Source: Tricharina praecox
Taxonomy: Eukaryota
Assembly (NCBI RefSeq): GCF_024521635.1
Contig: NW_026250405.1
Coordinates: 558,001 to 622,000, forward strand
Length of the DNA: 64,000 bases
Direction: 5' to 3'
In this document: in pieces, positions 13,301-25,308 of the stretch
Numbering within the stretch: position 1 is the first letter of the stretch
Layout: each line of letters starts with the position of its first letter
Notes under the pieces: model-generated
What the model saw: only the letters and a program-made list of their open reading frames with translations
Database searches by the model: none
Told to the model about the DNA's origin: nothing
Program-made: the position numbers and the translations under genes

Positions 13301-13881
13301 GGTGTTGTGGGCGACGTTTCCTTCCGTCTGACACCAACAATACACTGCTCTGACGTCCAAAAGGGATCATCGCGAGACGCACATCAATATGACTTCCTTC
13401 ACGATCGAGCATTGCCGGCAGGATGCCACACGGCACGGCAGGGCACTCAGTGGAATTCCTGATTTTGTTCCAGAAGTTGGTGGGGGTAGGGATGGGTGGT
13501 GGGCATCCGGTTGCATGGGTCAGCCACAACGATGAACCAATCTCCCGGGTTCAAGTCTAATGCAACCCGTGCATATCCAGAGGCAATGTTTCTTTCTGCC
13601 CTTCCTCGACCAGTGATGTTGGTGGATCATCTCTGCTCCAACAGATGCAGCCCCTTCAGGTTCAAGGTAGCAGTTATGCCTGTTTACGGTGATGTCGAGC
13701 GACGCTGAGCGACGCTGCTCTCCGGCCGCAGCCCTCCAGTATTGCACATACCATCGAGCAACAGTGAACGCCCGCCCTCCTCCCTTCCGCCCTCCCACCC
13801 TCCCCCCCAGCTACGCAACGGCACGGTCCAGAGGCTGGAAGTGCAAGAAATACCATGTATGCCACCCGGAAGGGCTTTCAA

Positions 13882-13888
13882 TATAAAA
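13882..13888 (+). promoter_or_regulatory. Putative TATA box of F-box gene
   Basis: TATAAAA about 130 bp upstream of ATG 14014 followed by CT-rich leader. Confidence 0.5.
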
Positions 13889-14013
13889 CCTCCCTCCCCA
13901 GGCCTGCCACAGCGTCACCTTCACATCCTCAAGCCCCAAGCTCCTCCTCCTCCTCCCTTGACAGCCCAAAACACACTCCTCCTCCTCAAAACACCATCCC
14001 CCCGACACCCATC

Positions 14014-15089
14014 ATGTCTCCCCATACAGCCCTCTCGGAATTCTCCTTTGAGCTTCCAAACTACCTCCTCCTGGAGGTCTTCGAGTACCTGCCCGGCCAG
14101 GACCTCGTCGTGGCCAGCCACACCTGCCGCCTCTGGAACCAGTTGATCATGGCTAGGCGCCGGCTGCGTACCAATGCCTTCATCCCCTCCAGCCACAACC
14201 CCACTGTCCCCGTGGCCGACATCGAGCTGCACCCAGTGGTTTCCCAGCTCCATTTCGACACTACGGTGGATGCTGCAGACGCCCAATACGGCGTCCGCAA
14301 GTCGCCCCGCAAGCTCCTGTCCGCCGCTGTGAGCAAGCAGCTAGCCACGTCGCCAGCCGTAACCGAACTTCGTCTGGACGTCATGAAGTACCATCCGCAC
14401 GTGTTGGTCGAGAACCCCGCCGGTGTGAAGGTCGCAGACGTCGTGGAAGAGCTGGCAAAATAGTAAGCTGACCCCCATCCCTCTCGCCCTCCCCCTTCAC
14501 TGGCCCTGTGTAACCCCAAGTGAACCCATGTCCCCTAGTTACTAACAGCGTCCGTCTCACAGCAAAGCGGCAGCCACAAACTTCACGTTCGAGGAGTTTT
14601 TTGGGCGTGAGCTCTGTTCGCAGCGCGGCTACGAACGGAAGAAGAGCATGCAGAGGGTCGACATGGTGGGCAACGAGAAGTAAGTCGAGTCGCTTCCCGT
14701 CCCTGTTTTTCGTTCTTTTGTCTTTCTTTTCTTTTCTTTTTTTTTGCTATTTGCTTTTCCTCGTCCTCCAACGAATGGGGCCACAAGCCGGTTGCTGACC
14801 AACATGAAACAACAGGGTACTCGTCACATTTGCACCGGGTGTCGCCTTCAACGGCACTGTGCTTTTCGAAGCGGTGCGGTTCCGAAGCGTCGACGCAGCC
14901 AAGAGAGCGGCGGAGGAGCCCAAGAAATCCGTCGACACCCCCGCTCCCCATCATCCACCTAGAAGTGTGGACGCTGCGGCGAAAGACGACTCGCACAGCA
15001 AGAAGTCGGAGGGGTATCGGTTCTGGAGCGCGTTCGCGTTCGAAGTGTCGGCATCAGCATCGGCAGCGCCGATGTCGGTGTCGGCGTGA
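14014..15089 (+). CDS. F-box domain protein
   Basis: N-terminal F-box ELPNYLLLEVFEYLPGQDLVVASHTCRLWNQLI; exons 14014-14462, 14563-14679, 14816-15089 with GTAAGC/GTAAGT donors and CTAAC/CTGAC branch sites giving a continuous frame. Confidence 0.82.
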
Positions 15090-16001
15090 TCCTGAGAGAG
15101 TGTGGGTGTGGGTGCACGACAGGTCAGGCTCGCGGTTTCCTCTTACACGGTTTATATTTCTTACTTGTTGGCTGGCGTTTGGTTTGGTTTTCACTCTACT
15201 TTATTTCTTGTTTGGACATCGCTTTTTCGACGACGACGGTGGGTTGGGTTCGATGGCTGCCAGCGCAGATGTGGGAGGAACGGGAGGGTCTGGCTGATTT
15301 CGGAGGGGGAGTTTGGGCGTCGGTTTACTTGGTATTCAGATGAGGGAGGAGGAGGGTTTCTTTGGTGTCTATTGGGATGAGGGGGGTGGGGCACTGGGGG
15401 GGTTTCTGGCTGAGGGTTTCTGGCTGGTTCAACCGATGGCTGTCATGATGGTCGGTTATTGTTAGTGACGGGCAGCCTGGGGGATCTGCGAATGACGACG
15501 CCGTTATGTATGTAGGCAGTTTACTTGCCCACTGGGACTTTTTTTATAATACTTATTTTACTTGCTCAATATCGTCGCGAGACGATCAACGTGGTGATTT
15601 GCGTGAAGCCATCTACGTAAGTAATGTTTTCCATCACAATAATCCTCAACATTTCTACATCTACTATGATAGACCCAACTTAACAAATTAACACTTGTCG
15701 CCCTCCACCAGGACCATCCATCGTTCCCCACAGCTCGACCTATCGAATCTAGGAGTGATAGGAGGGGAGGGTCAGTTCAGCGCTCATCTCCTCCGAGGCT
15801 CCGCCTGATGTGTCCATTCTTATCGCTGTCGCCATTCAGGCTTCTCACGCAACCACGACACAACGACACAATAACACCTGCCAGTCCCATTCTCCTCCCC
15901 TCCTCCTTCTCCCCTTCGATGAAGCCCCCAACACCCAACACCCTCCTCCCCCTTCACCCTCCCCCTTCACCCTCCCCCCTTCCATCCCACCTCCCACCCC
16001 T

Positions 16002-16099
16002 TTCCAAGAGCACCCTTCCAAGAGCACCCTTCCAAGAGCACCCTTCCAAGAGCACCCTTCCAAGAGCACCCTTCCAAGAGCACCCTTCCAAGAGCACCC
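16002..16099. repeat. Minisatellite, 7 copies of 14-bp TTCCAAGAGCACCC
   Basis: Perfect head-to-tail copies without spacers. Confidence 0.95.
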
Positions 16100-16791
16100 A
16101 TTTCTAGGCCACCCTCACTCTCTCCCTCTCTCCTGCACTCATAGACAAAGCAAGAAAGTGAAAAGAAAAAAATCTCCGCACCCACACGGTATGCTTCCAG
16201 TGTCCACAGCGACCTCTGCATACATTATGTACCTGGTATCGCAATCATCGATCGGGGGTGTTTTCTGTTTGCTTTTTATTTGCCCCTCCTCGAACACAGT
16301 GCACTGACTGGCTCATCCTCGAGAGCACCGGCACATCCTGTCTGGAGGAGAGGGATGGACTGGCCCCCCGTCCTGTCCAGAGCAGAGGAAGGGAGGAGAG
16401 GGATGCAGAGGGGGAGGAGAGGGATGGACCAGGTACTCTACTCTACATACTCTACATAGCCTTGCGACTCGCGAGCAGGGTTCACCTGGCTGGCTGACTG
16501 GGTGGAGAGCCTGCGAGGGTTGTTGCCAGTTGGTGAGATTACTGCGGCGCATGACGACTATGTATGATGATTTGGTCTATGAATGGGAAAGCGATGTGGA
16601 TGGGAAAGCGGTACTGGAGGTACCGCTGGGATGGTGGTTTGCAAATGACCGTGTAAGTACCGGTACTCTACAGTGGTGGTAAAGTGCAAGCATCCGCCGC
16701 TCGCGTGCGTCCCCTCCCTCGCCTTGTCTCTCCCTGCCTCACCCTGTCCTCACCCTGGCCTCACCTCTCCCTCCATCACCCTCTCCTCGCC

Positions 16792-16837
16792 TCACTTCAC
16801 TTCACTTCACTTCACTTCACTTCACTTCACTTCACTT
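16792..16837. repeat. (CACTT)n microsatellite
   Basis: Directly visible. Confidence 0.9.
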
Positions 16838-19185
16838 CTCGTGACAATGACAACGGCTCACTAACTCAACGGTTTTTTTCTCCGAGCGCGGGAAACACGG
16901 GCAATGGGCAGCGTGATCTTCCGTCTGCTGTACCGTCTCGACATACATACATGCTTCTTACATACAGAGTGCGCTTCAGAGTGCGCTTCGGAGCGCTCTG
17001 GTCTTCCGCGCCGCATGGAAAGTGCACTGGTGACTGCACTGGAAGATTACACTTAGCGACTGCACTCTGCATCTGACGATGAATCGACGACTCGGACGAC
17101 GACGGCGATGATTGCTCGGACGATGGTTTCTGCGAATCCGACGACGACGACTACATGTGAATCCGACTCTTCCGACTCCCCGCGGTACATGCCGTACATA
17201 TATAACATGCAACTCTCCGCACATAGGTAACCAGAGTAGTGCAAAAACCACGACAGAGCCCGCGACTCTCGTGAGAGCGAAGGAACAATCGACGGAATAG
17301 TCGATAAAGTGTTGTTCTCACCTCCCCTAGTTCCTCCCCTACGCTCATCCTTCTTCACCGCCTCATCCTCTCCTTCCCTCCCTCCCTCCCTTCCCTTCCT
17401 TCCCTTCCTTCCCTTCCTTCCTCCCTTCCTTTGTGAGGCACAGTCTGGAGAGGGTGGGTGAGGGTAGGTGAGCATGCACATCCTCGTACTTGCCTACCTC
17501 TTAGCTATGCTGTTCTGTTCTGTTTTGTTTGGTTGGCCCGGTGTGCTTGGGTGTGATGGGTGAGTTTGCAAACGTTCGATTCCCCGATCCCGGGCAGTCC
17601 GGCTTACATGGAGTGTACCTATAAGAGTATCTATTGTGCATGAGTGAGTGAGTGAGTGGGTGAGTGAGTGGCAGCTGGCAGTTGGCAGCTGGGAAATGGG
17701 GGGGGGGGGGGGGGGGGGACGAGGACTTCTGGAGCCTTCTGAGGATGAGTGTGAGTGGGGATGAGGGTGAGCGTGAGGATGTGGACGAGGATGAGGGTGT
17801 TGGAACTTGGAACTTGGGGGCGAAGATGCGTCCGAGCAGGTCTGTCCAGGTCTGTAAACGTGGAGCGCTCAGCGCTGACCGGCGGTGGACGGTGCGAGAC
17901 GGCTCGTATGTAGAGTAGAGTCGTAGCCATCCATCCATCCCCATCCCGGGTCCTCATTGAGTGAGACAGTGTTCGATCCAACGAGACATTTCGATTCTGG
18001 GAATGGAATGCGGCAAACCAAACTATCGAGCGGGTGTGATTGTGGGGAGTTTTGGTGCACCTACCTGTGCTGCGCACCTCTTGGTTGGGGGCGAGGGGGA
18101 GTGGGGGAGGGGGGAGGGGGACAGCCTGCCAACCATACATAGACGCGGATCAGTCTAGGACTCTAACCAGGCGGCAGCAGCGTGAGCGCATGAAATGAAT
18201 GTACTATAGAAACAGGTTTTGCCCTGCCTGCGCTGCCTGCCCTGCGCCGCGGTGCATCGATCGCCACTCTAGGACTCTGCGACTCTGCGACTCTGCGACT
18301 CTGGGGGGCGGTGGGCGGCGGTGGGCCTTGGTTTAGCCGCGGCTAGTTACTCTATGTAGGTGTGGGGAAATTGCGATACCATGTAGTTATCTGCAGCAAA
18401 GAGGCGAAGACTCGCCTCGCGGACGTCGACGGCGACGGCGACGTGCTCGGATGTCATGCGCCAGTAGCTCAAACAGCTCCAGGCTGCCGGGCTTCCGCCA
18501 TCGGGAATGACGAGCGGATCGTAGTTACGCTGCTACCTGTTATACGCGCAGACGTGGGCAGGATGGTTACCGGTATCTATTCCAAAGAAGTTTGACGAGC
18601 ACACACACACATAGAGTACACACACGAACACGCTCTACACACACGCTCTACCTACGGTGCGCACTCAGGAGTACCTATCTGCCTAACCACTTACTCGACT
18701 CCTCCAACACTTCCATCCATCAACCCGAGCTCACATCACATCACATTCCCCCTCCTCCTCCTCCTCCTCCTTCCGTCCCGCCCCCCGCCGTCGAAAAAGC
18801 AAAGCAAATAAAATAAAATAAAATCATTTCCCCCACCGAACTCCACAGTTCGCGCGCGCCGTGTAACTGGTGGGATCTGGTCTGGTCAGGTCAAGACGCA
18901 GCAACAGTGCAGGTATCGGCAAGTGAACCGGCAGGCAGGCGGTGGCGGAAGAATCTGGCGGGAATTTGGCGCCGAGCGTTCCCTCGTCGTTGCCCGGTCA
19001 CTCATTCAGTCGCTGAGCTGCGGAAAACTCAAATCTTCAAGAGCTGCGTGAAGCTTGCGAAAGGGCACATATCAGCACTTCAGCACTTCAGAAGACAGGT
19101 GATGCGCGGAAGAAGGCGGACGGGGAAACGGCTGGCTGGAAACTCTTATCGTATGTTCGTATGTATGATACGCCAACAACAACAG

Positions 19186-19238
19186 CACCACCATCACCAC
19201 CACCACCACCACCACCACCACCACCACCACCACCACCA
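19186..19238. repeat. (CAC)n microsatellite
   Basis: Directly visible; produces spurious poly-His ORF. Confidence 0.9.
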
Positions 19239-20576
19239 CAGCACCGTGACCCCGTCCCCGCCAATAGCTAAGCGGAAGCTGCGTCTAGCTGCAGAAGGGC
19301 TGTCGAGCAACTAGCCGAAGCAGGACGACCGGCGAGGCATTCGGATGACGACGGTGTCATTGACTCATTGGTTCCGTGTCCGTCGAGTGTCGATTTCTAT
19401 TCCGGTCTCGAGCATCTCGCCAGACCAGGCGGCCGCCAGCACGAGGCAGCAGAAACCGTCGCGAAGGGCAAGTGGGCCGAAGTGCTATACTATACACTAT
19501 ACCGTGGAGCGTGCAGTTTCACGAAGTGTCGTTCTGTCGGTGAAGCGCAGTGCTGTCGTCATGTGCATACCGGTCGTACATACACACATACATGTCAGAC
19601 AGGGCCTACTGAAGTCGTGGGGCGCCCTGTCTGTCTGTCTGTCTGGGCACCACCGGTGCATATACTGATCACCGTTAATTCCTTCTTCCTGCAGCTCCGA
19701 CTCGAACCGGAGCTCCGTTGCGCAGCAGTGTCCAATCCAATGTCCATGGGCGCAGGGCCTCCCTCCCTCCCCCAGCATCAAGGATCGCACCTACCTACAT
19801 ACATACCGGCGAGGGCGGATGTGACCGGCCATTCCACGGCCAACCACATGAACGTCCGTCACGATACGATCTATGTCTGTATGTATGTATGTATGTATCA
19901 TGTATATAGCCTGCCATATGCTTACATATGTTATGTATGGTTCCCTAGAATTTCTGTAAGGCAACCTGAAACGGGAGGGCCTTGGCGGAAGTGTTGTTTT
20001 TATCGACGATCGCTGCGGCGTCACCTGGGTTCTGGACTCTTGGTCTGTGGGCGCAAATAGGTCGCAGCCGCGTGATGCAGGTTGCCGTGAACTGGCACTG
20101 GTGGACGGACTGTGTACTGTGTACTGTGTACTGTGTACTGTGTGGCGAGCCACGTTCTGGGTACATACTTAGGTGGGGTGGTTTACATTGCCACGGCCCC
20201 ACGCTGAAGTGACATACGTGGGGTGCCGAGGGGTAGGAGAGATCGTCCCAAATATCCGGATCATCATCTACAGACGTCGGTTCATCGATGTGGCCTCTTC
20301 CTGTTGGTACGGGGAAAGGGGAGACGACGCGGTGGATACCCCCAATGTCTAGCATTCTCGGTAGACGTGCATCCGGGTGAGCTGCGCGCGAGAGGCCAGG
20401 TGAAGTCACATCTGCGCGCGATGGTGGCGAACCCGGCAAAGCGTACGGGTTGAGCGAGTGACACCCCGTGAAGTCGAGGCGATACTTGGAGCTCCTTTGC
20501 GGCGCTCGCGTTTAGTGTAGTCTAGTGCTGGAGGGTCTGAACCAATCTGCTGGCCCCTTCGACGGAATCCTGGTGC

Positions 20577-20672
20577 TGTGCCTTGATGTTTCTGTGCCGT
20601 GATGTTGCTGTGTCGTGATGTTGCAGTGCCCTGATGTTGCTGTGCCATGATGTTGCAGTGCCTTGATGTTGC
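20577..20672. repeat. Degenerate 16-bp minisatellite, about 6 copies (GTGCCNTGATGTTGCW)
   Basis: Repeated TGATGTT core at 16-bp spacing. Confidence 0.85.
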
Positions 20673-20914
20673 CGGTACTGCAGACCCCCACACTCGGTGT
20701 TTGTTGTCCGTCCGTCTTTTGCTTTTGCTTTTGCGGCGAGAGTGCGAGGGAGGGGAGAGCTAACGTCCGGCCTTCGACCATTGGCCAACCCGTGCCCGTG
20801 CCCGTGCCCGTGCTGGTGTGCCACTCTGCACATTCCACCGGGAGCCGGTCACAAATTTCCCTCGCAACTTCAAAGTCACCACGAAAAGTCATCGGTTTTT
20901 TTGTTTTTTGTTTA

Positions 20915-21269
20915 ATCATCATAGCATTCGACCTTATCAGATCATGGCTGTACACACGTCCAGTTCCACCCCAGTGTACGGTATGGTTCAGCCAGTGAAG
21001 GCAGAGCGTCACCGAAGTCGGTACATACATAGCTCTCCGGAATTCTTCTGAGAAGTACCTATGCGACTGGGTTTCCTTAGTCATAGCGATACTGTGGCTC
21101 CTCCCCTCAAGGAGTAAAACTGCTCTTGGAGTTCGAGCCTTGCCTCGGCATAGCAGCATCACTGGATAGTACTCAAGCTTATACCTAAGTACTCTAATTC
21201 GGTTGCCATTGGTACGACCCATCAGCGCGAGTACAGCCATGATCTGATAAGGTCGAATGCTATGATGAT
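20915..21269. mobile_element. Non-coding element bounded by perfect 39-bp inverted repeats (MITE-like, or two head-to-head retroposon 3' ends)
   Basis: 20915-20953 ATCATCATAGCATTCGACCTTATCAGATCATGGCTGTAC is the exact reverse complement of 21231-21269; imperfect complementarity extends outward through A/T-rich tails. Mobile origin is inference. Confidence 0.55.
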
Positions 21270-21675
21270 GAAACCAAAAACAAACATCGATCAGCGCGGA
21301 ATACACCCACAGTTATGGCCTTGAACGGCCCCGAACGGCCGAATACAGACGATTGAAACACAAAAAAGAAACCCGAACCAGTGCGGCCAAACGAGTATAT
21401 TCAACGTACCTAGGAAAAGACCATAGTTTATAACCGCAAAATCCCCAAAAATCATTCTACATAGGAAACCTTTTTACAACAGCCAAAAACTCCGCTGCCG
21501 AAGAAAAGAAAACAACGACGAAAAAAGCAAAAAAAAACAAGAGCAAAAATAAGAACAAGAACAAAAACAAAAACAAGAGCAGAGGTCACAGCCCATCACC
21601 CAGCCCCTCATCCCTCACCCCCGATGATTCGGACAAAACATTTCCACCACAGCTTCAGCCCAAGCCCATATCCGT

Positions 21676-22302
21676 TCACATCTTGAGCCCCTCCAACGCC
21701 TCCCCGACCACCAGCATCATCATCTCTTTCACCTCTCCCACCTCTTCCACCTCCTCCTCTGCCGCAGTCTGCTCCAGCACCGCCGCGGGCATCTCCCTCA
21801 GCAGACACCTGAGCAGCCCACCACCGCGCTCCTTCGCCATCTTCCGCGGAAAGTACCTCTCAGTGGCTCTCGTATACTCAATGAGCTCCTCTTTACTCCT
21901 AAACACGTGGATATCCGCCCCAGCCATTAGGTCCACCAGGTTTACGTGCGTGCGCTTGATGAACTGGTGCACCCACCAGACCGCGTTAGCCCACACAAAC
22001 TCAGACACACCTTCTCACGCGAACGCACGTACCTTCTTACACTGCGTCACCGTCTCAGGCAGGGTCCGAGCGCCGAGCGCCGCACACAGCCGCTGCCACA
22101 CCTCGACGGGCGGACTCGCGTCGTTGCCGAAGCGCTCCGCGAACGTGGCCAGCAATGCCTCGTTGAATGCGGCGGTCGCTCGGCGGTGGTTCCGCGAGCC
22201 GACGGCCCAGCCGCGCTGCTGGATTAGGCGCTGGAAGTGCGTGTGTGGGTGAATGGTGCGGTCCAGAAGCGGGAAGCCAAGGCCGGCGAAGAAGGTGTCC
22301 AT
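21676..22302 (-). CDS. Conserved fungal hypothetical protein
   Basis: Exons 22302-22033 and 21963-21676 (GTACGT...CTAAC...CAG); motifs WQRLCAALG..LPETVTQCKK, HVNLVDL, FRSKEELIEYT...YFP..AK..GLLRCLLR resemble a widespread uncharacterised fungal family. Confidence 0.8.
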
Positions 22303-25216
22303 ATTGGCGTGGGCTATTTGTATATGGAGATTTGGGGGCGGTGAAGACGATGACTAACGAGGACGAGGCTGGCTGATGAATGAAGATGCAGATTCAGTTG
22401 TGTGTATATACGGTTGGTTGGTTGTCTGGAGCCTTGTGTAAATTGTAACCACTGATGACTGGGCAGGCAGAAGTCTTTAAGCACACACTGGACAGTGGCG
22501 GTTGTATGTATATATGTAGGCAGAAGTACTTATTCCCATTCTACCACTACCACTGCAGACTCACCGCACCCGACCTCTGGAACGAAGGCTTAGTTAGGAG
22601 AGGTCGTACAGGCGCACCACCAACACCAAGCACAATCCTCACAATCCTCACAGTGGTGTCCGATAGTGTTGGGATCTTCAGAGTGTTCGCAAGTCGACAC
22701 CAGCGTAGTAAGCACTCAGATAACGGAGCCCGATTCAAGTATTGGTCCGTATGATACAGTAGATATGACGGGGGGCTCGGGGAATTCTCGGGGCTTGAGG
22801 AATCCGGATTACATCTAATCCTTTGCGCACGGAATGGATATTGGATATTGGGGGGGGAGGGGGGGGGGGGGGGGGGGGTGGCTTCTGCTTACCTAGCACC
22901 AAGGTACTCTATCGACGCAGTGCGCACCGGCGGGAAGTGGGGGATCCATAATCCATAATCCATCCATAATCCTGCTGCTGCTGCTGCTACTCGGAGTCGG
23001 CGCATTCCCCGCGCGATGACATAGCAACATGTTCTATGGGTCTATGGACCAGCGGTATGTACTATGTATCATGTACCAAAACCAAGTATGTATAGTATGT
23101 GCTGCCCGCAACTGGGTACGCAAACTAGTTAACTCCTACACGCACAACCACGACGTCGGGACCAGGACCACGAGCACGGGGCGAGGCGATGTTCCGCCCG
23201 GTGAGTGGTGATTCACTTGCACACGCACACACATCCAATCCTTCACCTAGGAGTGCCTAGTACTAAGTAGTACCTACCTCTCCCGTCGCCGGTTCGCTAC
23301 CAAGCCACCACCACCACCACCACCAACACCACCAAGCGAGTATCATACAAACCTACATTAAAAACCTAAGCGCTGCCACTGTGCCACACAGCATGCCATA
23401 ACTGTACCCCCCTCTCGTCCCCGTTAGTAGAGCAGTCCGTCTCAACTGAGACTAGACTCTCAAGGCTCCCCGCCCTTCAACCAACCGCCCACCAACCGCC
23501 CACCAACCGCAAGTGCAGGTGGAGGTGTAAGTGAGCGTAGCTGCGTCCGTAGGTAGCACGGGACCCGGCAAGCAGCACTGCAGCAGCAGCGGGCCGAGCC
23601 GAACTGCCAGCTACATACATACATACATACATAGCTGCAAGGGGCGGGGACGCGATAACTGGCCAGCAGGAATCAGGATAGTAGGCATCATACAAGGGAT
23701 GATGGGAATGTTCACATGGCCGAACAGGCGGTGGGGCTTGGTTTTTTTTCCGTCCACTGGATATGACGGCGTGGTGGTGTGGGTATGTGCGCGGTATGAG
23801 GAGCAACATGGAGCAAAGGGCTTAGTGAGGGGTGTTCACGGTGGTGTTGTTGCTATTCTCACTGTGTTCGAGCGGCTACATGGAAAAAGTACCTGCACCG
23901 CCACATATGAGCTATCACTCGACAAGGCGCAGGCGCTAGCAGGTGCTACTATATACCCGGTACGGCCACATTCCACAAACTCTACCGGAAAGTGATTTCA
24001 CCATCTCGACGATCCCCTAATGTTGCGATCGCGCAATTGGCAGTGGCAAGAATGGAGAATGGAGAGGCTTCGTTCCAACTTCCCCATGACTTCACAGCAT
24101 GAATCTCTGGTTGTTTCCATCTCTCTTGACGCCATTCCATCATCCTCTGCTGTGGTGGTGAGTATCAGTGATGGTTACACCAGTTCAAATCCGCAGGGTA
24201 CTAGCCGCATACCCCCAGTTGCGGACGGCGCTCAACCCCACGCCCCACGCAATGGCTGAATGGCCTGCATAATCGTAAATAACTGTATAAAAAAAACCCA
24301 CCCCCCCCGCGCACCACCCCGGCCATCTGCCTGCGCAGTAGAGTAGAGTAGTTATAGTAACGTCAGGCCCAGCACCTTGTTTTGCATCCTGTAGCGAAAC
24401 TCTAAAATAGAGACCTGATGGCAGCTGCATCGATAGTTAAGATGGTACGAGTTGGCACGTGAATGATGATTAATAACCCTTCGACACTCTCGCTCGCTCG
24501 GCTGTCCGTGACCCCATGAGGTTTGCGCTCCGTGTGTGCGCGCGCTCGAGTATGGGAGGCCTACATACTGGTATATATTGCGTGAGTGCGTGAGTGCGGT
24601 GACTAAGAGCTGGGGCCGGAAGTCGTTTATCCGGGTGACTAGTCGGAGGATCCATAAATGGAATGCGGTTGGGCACTGGGGATCTCGAACTGTCACTCCG
24701 GTTCGCACAAAGTGACTGGTGCTGCATAAGTGAGTAAGTACTTGGTAAGCAGGTAAGTACCTACCTAGCTGGTATGTTGATCGGACGTGTGTGCGCGCAG
24801 TGCTGACTGTGGACTGGACTGTGGACTGTCACCGCACCGTGGTTAGTAACTGCTTACCTACTATCAGCAGTAAAGTCGCAGGGCCTGAAGTCACAGCTGA
24901 GGCCTTTCACGAGATTCTGACGAGAACTATAAAAGGCCCGGAAAAGGCCCGGACGGCGACGTCATAGTGAAAGTGCGTAGGTTCAGCGGTGAGACTCTCA
25001 TATCTATCTATTCGCTGACCGCAACACCCCTCCCAGGCTTCCACTCGAGTGCACGCACTGCGGCCTGCACATCAACTGGGGGAGCTTACAAAGGGCTAAC
25101 GGTTATTGTATGTACCAGCAGCACGATATAACCACCGCCCCCTCCCCCCCACTCCGACAGGCAGTAACCGGACTGTTGCCCGTCGGTTTCGGTGCTCTGT
25201 TCCTCCGTACGCCAGG

Positions 25217-25308
25217 CATGCGAGCGGCGATCCGAGTAATAGTGGCACGGTACCTACTCACTCATGCGAGCGGTGTTTCGAGTAATAGTGGCACCGTAAT
25301 ACTCACTC
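25217..25308. repeat. Imperfect tandem duplication of about 46 bp
   Basis: CATGCGAGCGG......CGAGTAATAGTGGCAC.GTA..TACTCACT occurs twice head-to-tail. Confidence 0.85.

Noticed and set aside
16002..16099. CRISPR-like array
   Set aside because: Units abut with no spacers; eukaryotic context; no cas genes.
18907..19314. Poly-His protein and other ORFs in repeat-rich intergenic DNA
   Set aside because: Translations of microsatellites with no coding signature.
20975..21150. tRNA gene inside the inverted-repeat element
   Set aside because: Only a B-box-like motif; no cloverleaf could be folded.
24917..24975. Hammerhead ribozyme (CTGACGA...GAAA)
   Set aside because: Stem II needs a bulge next to the core and no stems I/III with an NUH site could be built.
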